DNA of 64,000 bases from Epiperipatus broadwayi. Taxonomy: Eukaryota > Animalia > Onychophora. Shown in pieces: positions 24,911 to 38,473 of this stretch (position 1 is the first letter of the stretch; every line of letters begins with the position of its first letter). The notes below the pieces were generated by a model. The model saw only the letters and a list, made by a program, of their open reading frames with translations, searched no databases and was not told where the DNA came from. The DNA is taken from assembly GCA_028023455.1 (NCBI GenBank), contig JAQFVV010000004.1, positions 7,874,001-7,938,000 of the forward strand. Direction: 5' to 3'. A program made the translations under genes and the position numbers.

Positions 24911-26080
24911 TATAATTCTATAAGTGTTTTACATACAGACATAGAAGCTTAAAAATAAAATTTAATAAAATATTATCTGAACACTTTCGGGAAATATGTA
25001 ATCCCATGTTCACAGATTTAAGTTTAATGAAAAAATATATATTATGCACATGCTATGCAAACCTATTTAAACCTACGTACGTCACTCACAAAGTCCATTT
25101 TCTTGAAATAAAAAAGCAAACTTCTCTTCGATTAATTGCTGTAAGATCGCTTGCTATGTAGCAAGCTTCTTTAACCTTTCTTTTTGTATCATTTCTCTCT
25201 GTACAAACAATACTTGCTGCTAATGATTGAAAAATGTGGCCATTAGTTTTCTCATGTTTTGCAAATATTGAATTATCCTGTGCTTTTGTTTTTGTCCTAT
25301 TATATAAATATTTATGTTGAGATAATCTGGTTACAATATTTGCCTTGGTTTCACCATAATATGAGGCATGGCAATTATTGTAGGGGCATGTAATTTTATA
25401 TACGACATGAGGAGTCAATTCTAGTGTTATTTTGTCTTTAGTATTATTTATTAATCTGTTAGTGGAGGGAGGTGAATGAAAGGCAATTCCAAATTCATTG
25501 GAAAGTTTATTAATTATTTGTTTGGATAGTGAGTGGATATATGGAATAAAGATACTAAAGAGAAAATAACACCTGAATTGACTCCTCATGTTGTATATAA
25601 AATTACATGCCCCTACAATAATTGCCACACTTCATATTATGGTGAAACCAAGGCAAATATTGTTACCAGATTATCTCAACATAAATATTTATATAATAGG
25701 ACAAAAACAAAAGCACATGGTAATTCAATATTTGCAAAACATGAGAGAACTACTGGCCACATTTTCCAACTATTAGCAGCAAGTATTGTTTGTACAGAGA
25801 GAAATGATACAAAAAGAAAGGTTAAAGAAGCTTGTTACACATCAAGTGATCCTACAGCAATTAATCGAAGAGAAGCTGGCTTTTTCATTTCAAGAAAGTG
25901 GACTTTGTGAATGATGCATGTAGGTTTAAATATATTTGCATGTGCATAATATATATTTTTTCATTAAACTTAAATATGTGAACATGTGATTACATATTTC
26001 CCAAAAGTGCACAGATAATATTTTATTATTTTTTATTTTTAAGCTTCATTGTCCATGTGTAAAACACTTATAGAAATAAT
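24911..26080. mobile_element. Penelope-like element 3' ends (GIY-YIG endonuclease) as a head-to-head inverted pair
   Basis: ORFs 25086-25628(-) and 25533-25910(+) both encode KDKI...HVVYKITCPYNNCH.SYYGETKANIVTRLSQH...RKVKEACYI. Arms ~24911-25445 and ~25552-26080 are reverse complements. Confidence 0.9.
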
Positions 26081-26179
26081 TATTAATATGAAATAATATA
26101 TCATGTGATTTAATTGAATAAGCTTGTAATTATAAACTAAAATAAAGAGTGTGCTAACAGCTCTAACAAGTTTTATTGA

Positions 26180-26389
26180 TAAATGCTGCAAGAAAAAGCA
26201 TTTAAAATCTTTATCTAGAAATTATCCCCAGACCAGTGTCTAGCTATTGGCTTTCCTCAATGAGGAGCTAGGATCTAGTGTGTGAAATATCATAGTGAAT
26301 CACTGAGGAAATACAATAGCTAGAAACCAGTATGGGGCTGGGAATAATTTATAGATAAAGGTTTTAAATGCTTTCTCTTGTGGCATTTA
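26180..26389. mobile_element. MITE-like 210-bp foldback
   Basis: TAAATGCTGCAAGAAAAAGCATTTAAAATCTTTATCTAGAAATTATCCC pairs with GGGAATAATTTATAGATAAAGGTTTTAAATGCTTTCTCTTGTGGCATTTA; inner CTAGCTATTG..TTTCCTCA / TGAGGAAA..CAATAGCTAG. Confidence 0.75.
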
Positions 26390-27305
26390 GAATTATTAAG
26401 ATGTTTTTTATTTTAGTGAAATAATATTTGATTTAAATATTGTCAACATAAAAAAATGTTTGAAGAACAGATAACTTTTGAGAGGACCAAAACCAAAAAT
26501 AGATTTTATAAAATAATAATCTTATAGTAATGATCAATTAACTATTTTAGAATTAAATTAAAACTAAATATGAGGGGATAAAAGTTTAAATAAAATCAAC
26601 TATAAACATTCTTTCTTGAAAATAACTTTATAAGAGATATTGTTTGATGAAAATGTTTTTTAGGAAAGAAATAAAAAAAATCTAAATGATGGAAAAAAGA
26701 ATTGATTTTCAAAAATTATTATTTATTTTTCATTTCTGTCAAAAATATTTATTTAAAAAAACTGAAGAAATAGATAAAGACATACAGAAAGGACTATAGA
26801 TTTCAAACATGACAATTTAGTTACTTAAGGTTGTCCTATATAAAAAATAACATGAACAGAATAATAAATAAAATGATATATTCTTTATAATTTGCCATTA
26901 ATAATTATTATTTTCTATGATATGTTTAGAATGAAACTTATAAAAATAAATTTCATAAATATAAAACAAATGAATCATTAACAAATTATTCTATGATTAT
27001 ATAACCAAAGTTATATAACAGTTTTAAATATTAATTTTAATTTAAGTAAAGAAAACTAACCAAAATGATTATTAAAAATAGTTTTACATGGCAAAAAGAT
27101 ATTGACTCATTATGTAGTATATTTAAATGTTGTAAAGAATCTACCAATTTACATATATTGGTGGCTAAGAATGGAATGTGTGTGCATATATACATAAAGT
27201 ATATAAATAAATGATACTGTTTATAATATAAATAAAAAAAATAGATATGTTCTTTTAAAAGACAATTAAGAGTTACTTGATCATAAAAATACATATTATA
27301 GTAGA

Positions 27306-27392
27306 GGTCAGCACAGCTGCCTTGCAAGTAAGCAGTTACTTGCAGACAGTTATTGGGGTTCGCTTCCCGGCTGATGCTTTGACATATGGAAA
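27306..27392 (+). mobile_element. 5'-truncated tRNA-Gly-derived SINE-like copy
   Basis: GGTCAGCACAGCTGCCTTGCAAG...GGGGTTCGCTTCCCGGCTGATGC-TTTGACATATGG-A9. Confidence 0.7.
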
Positions 27393-28069
27393 AAAAAATA
27401 AAGCATATTGTGATATATAATAATTGTTATAAAGTACAACAATAAATATAAATTAAAATTTTTTATTGGCTTATTATAAAAATAATATTATTATTTAAAG
27501 TTTTATACCTTATAAAATGATTTTAACAATTCCAATATGTCATCCTGTATATTGTATATTTTAAAATCCTATATCCAATTTTAAAGTTACAGTAATTTAG
27601 CACTGATTTTAATGTAAAACATGCACACTAAATTAAGATTTAGTAAGAAGGCAATACATTATAAAAGCACATATTTTAAACATATGAATGAATAATATAG
27701 GTGGTGTTTAATATGCAATAATTATATTACTTTATGCCTAATGTTAAAATGAGCTATAATAATTAACATAACTTTAATTTAATGCTTGAATGTGTGATTG
27801 CATGTATATTTATTCACTTTATTCTACCTATTTTAAAATTTAAAAGAGTACTATCTATAAAGTCATCATTTTAATTTCAAAATAGAATATTACTTATTAT
27901 GAGAATAAATAAATAACTAAACAAGGTAAAAATGAAGAATTTTAATATCTATAGTATAAATGTTTATTGAAATGCAATTTTTTTTATTTATTTAAATATT
28001 TGTTAAAATATCTGGTTTTAAAATAATTTTTATTGCAAGGAATGCTACTTCTTCAAGAACTTTATTCTT

Positions 28070-28159
28070 TTTCATATGTAGAATGCGTTGACTGGAAAGT
28101 GAACCCAGGCCGGCTGCTTGGAAGTCAGCTATGCTAACCACTAGGCCACCAATGCTTGA
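28070..28159 (-). mobile_element. tRNA-Gly(TCC)-derived SINE/retrocopy with 16-bp TSD
   Basis: 72-nt tRNA body at 28084-28155 (anticodon loop CT-TCC-AA; mismatches in acceptor and anticodon stems and T-loop). CAAGAACTTTATTCTT flanks it at 28054-28069 and 28160-28175. Confidence 0.88.
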
Positions 28160-28457
28160 CAAGAACTTTATTCTTGTATGCAAATATATGTGTGCTCATC
28201 TAAACTGGAAATGCTGATATCTATAAAAGAGTTTATAAATTTGAATAAAATTATGACTTTTTAATTACATTGTCATAGTGATGATGACCTAATTAGTCTC
28301 TCATTAATAGAAATTTATAAATAAAAATGCATTTTCAGAATCAATATTTTTTACCTGTTATCTATTTGCTTGATTAATCTTGATACTACATATATAAAAT
28401 AATCATATTATATCATTATTATTCCATTATGAAGGGCTAGAAGAAAAATTTAGTAAG

Positions 28458-28574
28458 CATTTGTTTTTTGTTTTTTTTTGTTTGTTTTTATATGTCAGAG
28501 CATTGATCGGGAAGCGAACTTGGGCCGGCTGCTTAGAAGGCAGCTATGCTAGCCGCTAGGCTACCAATGCTTGA
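28458..28574 (-). mobile_element. tRNA-Gly-derived SINE-like copy (anticodon loop CT-TCT-AA) with A-rich tail
   Basis: 72-nt body at 28499-28570 with broken T-stem; downstream TGACATATAAAAACAAACAAAAAAAAACAAAAAAC. Confidence 0.8.
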
Positions 28575-31500
28575 CCACATGAATAAAAACACGTGAAGCT
28601 TCATAGTAAATAAAAATGCACAAACTAATGGAATTGAAATGTTTTTCTTAAAATTACAAATCTGTTAAACTATTTGAAGGAATACTATTCACTTTATAAC
28701 TTCTTCATTAAAAGTAGAAAACAATTTCTTTTGGATAATCTATTGTGTAAATATTTATACACTTGATATATTTTAAAAATAAAGTTTGATTGAATTAAAA
28801 TGTGTTGAAACTTCAAATCTATTTAATTACTTGAATGGATGCTGTTAATTTTTAAGCACAGCATTTATTTACTGAAAGAAGAATAACAACTTATTATGGA
28901 TAATACTTATTGTACCAATGCTTGAACTAAGGGATTTATTTTAATAGATAAATTATTACATAATTTTGATTGATTTTAAAGATGTTATTACATCATATTT
29001 TGGGTTTCCACAAATAGAAGCACTGAAGAATTGAAATAAATTTTTGCATCATTACAGAATATTCAGATAAATAACAATATCTATAGTTTATCATCCCGAA
29101 GGTTAAAGACTTTTAAAAAACTTTACTTATAGAATTTTTTAATTATTATTTAGTATTAATTATCTTGTTGTTATTAATAAAATAAAATCCCCGTAATAAT
29201 AACTAATAACATGATGGAAATAAAAAAACTTGGACATGCAGGCTTTTATTTAAATTTTATTATCATATTTAACATTGGAACATTATTTATATGTGAGCAT
29301 GTTGAATTTAAGATTGTTTATTAAATTTGTAAAAGAAAAAACTAAAGACAAAGGGGCATGGATCTAAAATCGTAATATCCAGGATTGAGGAGATTGAGTA
29401 GGATAAAGTTTAAAATGTAGAATGTTTAGAAGAATGACGGAAATTAAGGTCGGAGGATGAAAGGAAGCTTTGAGAAAATCAAAAAAGGATATAAATAGCC
29501 AAATGAGAATAAAGTGACATCTTTTGTGGCCAATTTGGCTTTGATATTAAATAGAACTTTATGCTAACCTAAGATTGCAAGATAAATATATATGTTAGCC
29601 GACTTGAGCATGTTGGGGTGAAATCATAGATGGGCTGGGTTTTCACTTCCATGAGCCCATGAAGTAAATCAAAGATAATCCTTAGTCCCATGATGGTTCA
29701 AACTTCAGGAATCTGTTCCATACACCTTCACCACATCAATCATTTGAGCCCAGTACTATATATATATAAAAATGCAAGGAAGTATTTATAAAATATAATA
29801 CAAGAAATTTTGCATGTTATTTATATTAAGAAGCAAATGTTAAAGTTAAACTACTTCACTATTATTTAATGCATTATTATTGATGTTCTATTTGTTTCTT
29901 GGTCGCTATTATGTACATTTTTGTAATATGAAGCTGTTTTTAGATAATAAAAATATTTGCTGCCAGACAATATAAATCTCTTGGGAATTGTATTATTATA
30001 AATCTGATACATGTTAGGGACAGATTACATAATTCATTTATTACTTCATGTGGTGAAGAAATATTCTTTTAGACATTACTGTAGTGTTTCAGTATTATAT
30101 TTATATAAAATAGCAATCATTTATTTAATTTTAAATAATCATAATATATATATTGTCAATAAAAATTTATATTTTTTGATAGAAATATTTAAAAAAATAT
30201 TTATATATGGAAATATCAATTTTCACTAAGTAATTTTTTTAAAAAAAAAACATAATAAAAAGTTTTAAGCATTTAAAAAAGTGAAAACTAATTAAAATCA
30301 AACGAATACAATGACTATCATATTACCTACTTTCTCCAAACTTTCTTATCTTTATTTATTAATTATTTGCAACACTTTTTCCCTCCAAATTATCTTTTAT
30401 AATCTTTCTATCATTTTATATTTTGCAATTACTTCAAATTTCCAAAATAGAAACTTTGAAGCATATATATCAAATATGACAGGAAACTACTTTTAGATAA
30501 ACGTAAAAAATAAATGTTTACTTAGTTGATTTAACAAATTGAAATTTATGTTAAAAGTACGTTTTTAAATAACAATTTTTAAAAATTCATTTTTCAAAAC
30601 AAGTTTAATGTTTAATTTATCATCCGTAATTACAGCAATTTTCATAATATAAACTCTTTAATTTCATATTATGTAATCTGTTAAGTAATGTTTTTTATAT
30701 TTTTTTCTTATGTAACAAAATTTTAAGTAATTTTAGGACTTAATATCTAACAATGCACGCACAATAATACATTCTAACATGCATATGTAAGATTATCTTT
30801 ATAATTTTAGGTGCAAAATATTTTTGAATTTATCATAACTAAAAATATGTGGCAACTCAATACACCTATTGTTAATTTTTTAAGTAAATCTTTTTTCCCT
30901 TTCTCTTTTTAAAACTTTCTATAATACTATAATATTGTTTGTCTTCAAATCAAAATATCAATTTTTTTTCCACTCTATCTGTATCTAAATCCTGTTTCCA
31001 CTATATAGAAATCTTTATTCAAAAACATTTAATAAAATTCTTCTGAACTCTATACTTATCTTCAGAATATTTTTTCTACTTTAAAAATTTATTTGAGTTT
31101 ATGTGTTTTATTATAAATACTAATTTAATTTTTTTTGATAAAACTTCTAGAAGATAAGATTGAAAAAAAACAACAGCATTAAATCAAAAGTTATAAAAAT
31201 AAGCTGACATAAAGTAAAAAAGACATTAATACCTCTAAATATATAAAAAACTTTAAGTAATAACAGAAAAAAATATTAATTATTTATAGAGGAGTTGATT
31301 CAACTCGTTTTTAAATAGTTACTTTATCTCTTTTTCAGTAAGACTTATTTATATATCTTACTTTTCTAATCTTTCATTAGTGGTATTAAAGTCAAAACAA
31401 CCATAACCAATTTATTAATTTTTGTCAAAACTAATTCCAAAACTACTATCATATCTTTTTCTATTTCAAACACTTTCATTAAAGTAGCTGTCTCAGCACA

Positions 31501-32689
31501 TTAAATAACCATAGAGCATAAATAAAAGTTATTTCATTTTATAATCTTTACATCTTTTTTGCAAATAAGAAATACACTAGTGTTTTCCTGAAGGTTTGTA
31601 ATGATGGTGTTCTAGTTGTATTTTACATTGGACTATTTCTATCATCTAATATGTGTATTGAATGTCTTTAGAAAAATGTAACTTTTTTAAATATTCCAAA
31701 TATATTCAACTGTTAATAATAACACATTAAATAGGTTAGTATATGCACAATGTTTTGAGAGGTACTATTCTTTCCTCTTCTTCAGCTGTTGCTGGCCTGA
31801 TTGGTGACAGTACTGGATGTCTGATATTGAAATGGTATATTCCTATTCTCATATATGTTGACCTATTTTTCCCATAGCTCTATCTATGCTGGTTTCAAAC
31901 CCTTCCAGAATGTATATATAAGCATGCTAACATAGCCATATATGTATCACCACATACATATTGAAACAGTCAGTTTTGATCACTTGCCTGTTTCACCTAT
32001 TTTTTTCTCCCACCTATATCGGTGCCAGATTAAAACTCTTTTAGAGTACCTATATAAACAACTTTAAACAGTAAACAGCTATATATGTATGATCAGTCAT
32101 ATATATACAAACGTTAAATCTGTAATTAGATTGACGTGTATATATATATTTATTTTTAAAAGTCGCTTACTTTAAAAGGTGATTTAATTTAAATTATTAG
32201 TCCATTTTATATTTTATTTTGCTTAAGTCACACACACACGCATATATATATATTAGGTATATTCCAGGTACCATCATCCTCATATATAGTGAAAGAATTA
32301 ATTTTTATCGATTATGAATTGTGTTTTGATTTAGACTAGTTATAAACAATTTTAATTAAGCCACCACACCTATGCTAGTATAAAATGAGACTAAATTTAA
32401 AATCTTAAATTTACAATAATATTTTTCTGAAAGTTAGCAAAGTTGTAAATAATGTGCACTCAACAAGCACTATTGAACAATAATAATAGAGATTTAAAAT
32501 TGAAACAAAACTAAAGTTAAAATGTAAAAATTAAATATGTTAGATCTCACAGATAAGCTAATGGATTTTCCAGCAACCTATAATCTTGTAAACAACCAGA
32601 TAGTCAAATATAAAATCGTATAAATAGTCCAATTTTTAATAACCAAAAAATACTGTTTTACTAACAATTAAGAGGTAAACAGAATCCAC

Positions 32690-34900
32690 ATCCATTTTAA
32701 CTTTAACATGGCAGAGTAGAGGGCATAGAATTGCCACTTTTCCTCAGGGAGGTGGTGGTTTGTCACAGTTAATCATCACAGAATACTGTTCCAGCCATCA
32801 GCTGGCTGTAAGAAGATCCCAAAGGAAGCCAAGACATCCATCCAAGAAAAAATAGTGCCAACATTGCCATCCAGTGAGCCTGAAGCTGCAATGATGAAAA
32901 TTGGTAACATTTCCAATTCTGCAGAGCTCAGTTTATAAACTGTTAATCTTTCAATTAGTATTTATCAAATCTAGCTATAAAATAAATGTTTAAAATCTGT
33001 TTTCTAAGTTCTAATTAATGTAAAACTCAATCTTGTCTAAAATTAAAACTTATAATTTTAAAATGATCTTTCTAAAATTGTAACATACTATAATAATCTA
33101 ATTTAATCTATAAATTCCTGCAGTTATTTATGCCTATTTATTTTATTTCAATTTATCTTAATATTTTTATTTTATTATATGTACATTTTAATATGCCAAA
33201 TAACTTGAAACCATGAGTATATATAATTTTAATCTATTTTTTGTGAAGATATCTTTCATATCTTCATTTCAATAAATATTAACTAATTGAATTTGTTACT
33301 CCCAACTCATTGTTTTGAGATCTTATTATTATTTTAACTGATTGATTTGCATTCATTAATGTAGATATAATCAGTTACATCCTAGATAATATTGTAGTCT
33401 GCTCAGCTATAGTTATAAATTATAACTTTATGTATATGTATTATGTTTATCATAGGGAATTAGCCATATAGATAACAATAAAGCATATTTATAATGTTTT
33501 ATCACTAATTGCTTGTCAAATATGCTTTATCCTTCTTATATTATATGTTATACATGCAGGTCTCGTATTTTAAACTAGATTACTAATTTATTTAGTCTTT
33601 AAATGTAATATGATTAATATACTAGGCTTGAGAGCTGGGTTATATGGTTGTGCAGATAAATGCTATCTGTTTTTAAGGCATCCTAAGTTAGTTAAATGTA
33701 TTTGTGTTTGTTATATGTATATGTTGCAAGTGTGTTCTTAAGAAGTATGCACTGTACATTAACTGCTTGCTGCATGTTTTTTGATGAGTTACTGGCAGAG
33801 GTCATGCTCATCCATTTAGTTCAGATAAAGCCATATTTTAGAACTGGAACAGACTTATCTGACTCCCTAAACTTTTAATGTTCTTATATTCATAGTAAGT
33901 TGTTCAGCCTTAGGGCATTGAGCATTCGATGCTGAAACCTGTGAATAATGATCCACTCACACCGTAATTATCTTCATTAATATTAAGTGCCATAGCATGA
34001 ATAAGTAAACCCAGGATAAACTAGTTCTCTCACCCATATTAAATAAGTATTCAGCATAAGACAACCCTAATCTCGATTAACGTGCTAACCTGTGTATCTT
34101 TGAGCTTGATTATGTACTTATTCTTTAAACTTAAGATATAGACAGATGCTATAGAAGCACTGTATGTTTAGTAATACCTTTGGCTAATATGTTCTTCATA
34201 ATTTAGCAAGCTGCAAGTCCATAAGGATTTGTCATATTAAATATAGACATAATTTAATCACCACAGATAATTTTATTAAATATATAAAATGAGAGAATAT
34301 GTAACTGCTAATCTCATTAACTGTATAACACCCCTGAGTACAATATTCCACATGCTAATTATATAATTATTGTGTGTTTTATTTCATTATTTGTTTTATT
34401 ATATCAATTAAATTATTTCTTAAATATAAATTCGTTTTCATTCTTTATTGTTCATAGACTAATTCACATCTAATTCCATATTGATATGTGCATCATATAT
34501 ATATTTTAGTATATTAGACTTAATTGTTGGTAAATAGACCATTAGTTTAATTGACACTTTAGTCAAGCTTATTGGGTCCATCCTCAGGTCTCTTGTTCCT
34601 CCTTGTGCTTTGCTGGCATGATTAAATTAAAACTCATGTCTAACCTAAGAAATGTCATTTATAAGGTGTTGAATCATGGAGTATGAGTTAATGAATTGAT
34701 TGTTGGTCAAACTCTGGGCCTCATCATCTAGATTCAGTCAGCTTTAGTGTGTTTACCTATACTCTGGATTTTGTTATATAAATGTACAAATCTTACAATA
34801 TATGCAAACGAATGCTGCAATATTAATGATATAAATATATTACAGTGAGTAGTTTTATTTAAGTTAAAATATGTTAGATTATAAATTTTGTTTCTTTAGA
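32690..34900 (-). pseudogene. Decayed jockey/I-like LINE 3' half, copy 1
   Basis: Remnant translations (LINDI; LNYEEHISQ...LSLKNK); four blocks are colinear with copy 2 at 35400-39300. Confidence 0.45.
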
Positions 34901-35753
34901 AAAAAGTCATTTTCTTATTTTTAACATTAAAATCACATGTGCATATGCGTAGTTCATGTACTACCATGATACATATATAACTCAATATTATTAAAAAAAA
35001 ATAATTATTCTTAATTTTAAAGTGAAATTCTTATAAACAAAAATTATGCTACCACATCTGTGTTGGTATGGCATGGGATATCAGTTTAAAATCTTATTTT
35101 TGATCATAATATTTTTCTAAAATGTATAAAGTTGTAAACAATATTTACTGAGCTGGAACTATTTCCAGATCTTTAGGGAATTGAGATAGTCAACTTGAAT
35201 TTAAAATATCATGTTAAAATTTAAAACAAAAGGTTTAAGTAAATTTGGTAAATTAAATTATAAGATAGCAAATAGGTGCTAATAGATTATTGACAGAAAA
35301 TAACTTTCTTGACAAAATTATAACCTGATCTTGAAATATTATAAATAGGCTATATTTCATATTTCAAGGTTCTTAAGCTATATTTTTCAAGAAGTCTTAC
35401 CACCAGTCTCCATGCCAGTTCAAACTTTACCATGCCAGAGTAGGAGGGCATGGAATTTCCATTTCCTGTGGGATGATGGTGATGTCTGGTTCTATCCTAT
35501 GTGCTGAATGGTGCTGTAGTATCAGCATCATCATAGAAATGAGAAATGTTCTTGACAATGGCCTGCTGCAAGAAGATCATGAATGATTCAACTGCCTATC
35601 CAGATATTCAGTCATACGTCCCCTGCTATCTGATATGCCAAAAATAAAATCCACAACTAAGAAGCTCAGTAATATTCTTTCCAACACCACAGAGTTCTAA
35701 ATTAACTTTAAATCTTTGTTATTTACCTAAATCTCTTTATTACTGTGGTTATG

Positions 35754-35755
<2 letters not shown>

Positions 35756-35784
<29 letters not shown>
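35756..35784. repeat. (TA)n microsatellite
   Basis: Direct reading. Confidence 0.95.
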
Positions 35785-35787
<3 letters not shown>

Positions 35788-36360
35788 GACTGTTAATATC
35801 TATTATTTAGAAGTAACAGACTAATCTTTAGAGCTGATCTTAAAGTATATTTTTTAATGTCTTATTAATCTCTATTATATATATTTTATCCTCTTTAAAT
35901 TATGATTAAAGATGCAGATTTAATATTTTAAATGAGATTAATAATTAAGTTTAGTTTATTAAGATAGCATAATTATAATGTTAAATTTAAGAACTGGGTT
36001 CTTTTAGCTATACAGAAGACACTATCTGTTTTTAGGCACATTTAAGTTAGATATACATATTTGTATTTTACTTTATGCATTGTTGGCGTGTTTTTACATT
36101 TTGCTGCACCTTTTTAATGGGCTCACAGTGACAGGCCATCCACATATATTAGTTTGGATAAGGCTATATTTTTATTAGAACTGGAACACAGGGATCCAGA
36201 CCATTTATATAAAACCTATCCGAGTTCTTGAACTTTTTACATCCATATATTGATTGTAGCAATCCATCTGGTTCTAGGCTACCATGTATTTTAATGCAAA
36301 ACCCATACTGTGAACTTACTCTTAATATTTTAGTCAGAATTATAGCATATATATATATAT

Positions 36361-38473
36361 TGTAACGAGCACAGACAGTTCGTTACATTGTTTTTTTTTT
36401 TTAAATTTATTAAACATGAAAGTAAATTAAAAAGTTCGCATTTAAAAATTTTCTTTAAGAATTAAAAATTGAAATTAAATATCATCTTAAACTCTTATAT
36501 ATTAAATCGCACAGATAATGAAAAATTATTAAAATAAAACTTTATTAAAGAAAAAGTATTTTAAAACTAAATTTTAAAAAGATTTGGAGATGAAATTATA
36601 TCTTTAAATTTATCTTTAAATATATTTTTGATTTGGAAAACAGGTTAATTAATCAGAAATGGAAATGATTGTTAATTAGTTAAATGTAAACCAGCCTTGG
36701 CATTTAAATGTAAAAACACCGGTCAGATAAGAAAACAATAGAAACTTTCAGCAAATGAAATAAATCCATTTGGAAATCGGACCTCAACGAAAAGGATCAT
36801 CTCATTGATGACGTAATGTTAAGTCAATCCTTCGAATACGTATAAAAGGAAAAATTTTGGAAATTATTAAGGAGTGACTGGAAATTGATTATTACGTGGA
36901 CTATATGTAGTAGTAGGAGTTGGAGGAATTGAAGAAGGTCAATTCTTTCAGCTGTTAAAGAAAGGAGAAATGAACTATCGTTTCAATTGAGGACCCACTA
37001 ACTAAAAATCTCGGATGGATAAATAAATCGGAACAGGATATCAATCTTCGGACGAGTGGAATTCATAAACAAGGAATATATGAAGATGAACTATTTAAAT
37101 AACTAAGAACTTTAAAATTTATGAACAGTAAATTAAAAACTTTCCAGATTTAAATAATTGCAATATTATTCTATCTGACCAACATTATTTATTAATTAGT
37201 TATAATTTTATTTAATGTATTTATTTTGTAAAATCATTTCCATTTATTTATTTTTTGTTCTTTAAGTTTTATTATGATTTTTGTTTTGTTAAATTAATTA
37301 TAAAAATGTTAAACTTAAGTCGGGTATGAATGGTGTATAGATTTGTAAAGTTATATTAGGGGAGGGTAATCTGGGTTATTTATGTCGTTGTTAGATTGGG
37401 TAATGGATTGGATATATTGATGTAGTTAGTAGATGTAATCGGAGATTGAGGAGAATCGTTTATATATATAGCGCACTCACCGTTTGCCTATGGAAGGAAT
37501 TATAAGAGGAGAACGAGTTCCTTTCTATGGAGTTTTTTTTATTGTTCTTCTCGTTAGATAGATGTAATATTCCTATCTGATTGAGAGTCAATTCTTTTCT
37601 TAATTCTTTTGGTGTGCTATTTGTATACATTTGAATACATCGATGTATCAGATGGATTGATGAGTTGATGCAAATTTTAGCCTAAGGTTAAATAGGGATA
37701 GAATATTTTTAATTTCCATGCAAATCTATGTAGTATTCAGACTCGATTCTAAATAAAAATGATTAAATTTAAGTTGTTTATAGACGTTGATGGATTGTTT
37801 ATCGGTTAACTATGTTTTTGGTTTTATATTTGATCAAAATATATAGAATTCGATAAAAATGATACCTCACGGTGAGTATCTAAAATGTATTTATTCGGAT
37901 GTCTTTTAAGTTATTGGTGACAATGCAAGTATCTTATGGTGAATACTATTGGGTTAATATAAATTTCCCTCCGCAATTGTCAGTAATAATAATTTTATGT
38001 TTTGATCGTATGTTATTTGGAATGTTTTTAACCGTGTAATCTATGTAACGATCTATAGAACTTATTATAACAAGTTTTATAATCCCATCTGTGCGAACTT
38101 AATTAAAATGTAAAATTAGAATATAATAGTAATTAAAGGTAAATTAAAGTAAAAATCAAAGTTAAAAATAATGTTAAATGTTAAAATGTAAACTAATACT
38201 AAAATAATTTTAAATCTTATATATATGTGATAAATAAATGTTTGTATGTTAATTACTGGCAGTGGCTTATTTTATTTATTTTTTAATGTTGAAATCTAAT
38301 TAGATAAGATCTTATATTATTTAATCTCTGCTATTCCACTGAGCTAGTGACATGGCTAAGACGATGGAAAAAAAAAAATTTTTTTTTGACTTACGATCTG
38401 CCTACTTTATAAATTTTTCTAGGTTCAAATTAGATGGGGATGGTTTAGGAAGTCTCCATTCCGGATCGTTACA
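36361..38473 (+). mobile_element. Probable solo LTR (Gypsy/BEL-type), 2113 bp
   Basis: Ends TGTAACGA ... TCGTTACA, flanked by (TA)n; TATAAAA at 36841 and several AATAAA; flanks rejoin into sequence that is continuous in LINE copy 1. Confidence 0.6.

Noticed and set aside
28084-28155. Functional tRNA-Gly(TCC) gene
   Set aside because: A-C mismatch in the acceptor stem, A-G in the anticodon stem, loss of A58, and a flanking TSD indicate a retrocopy.
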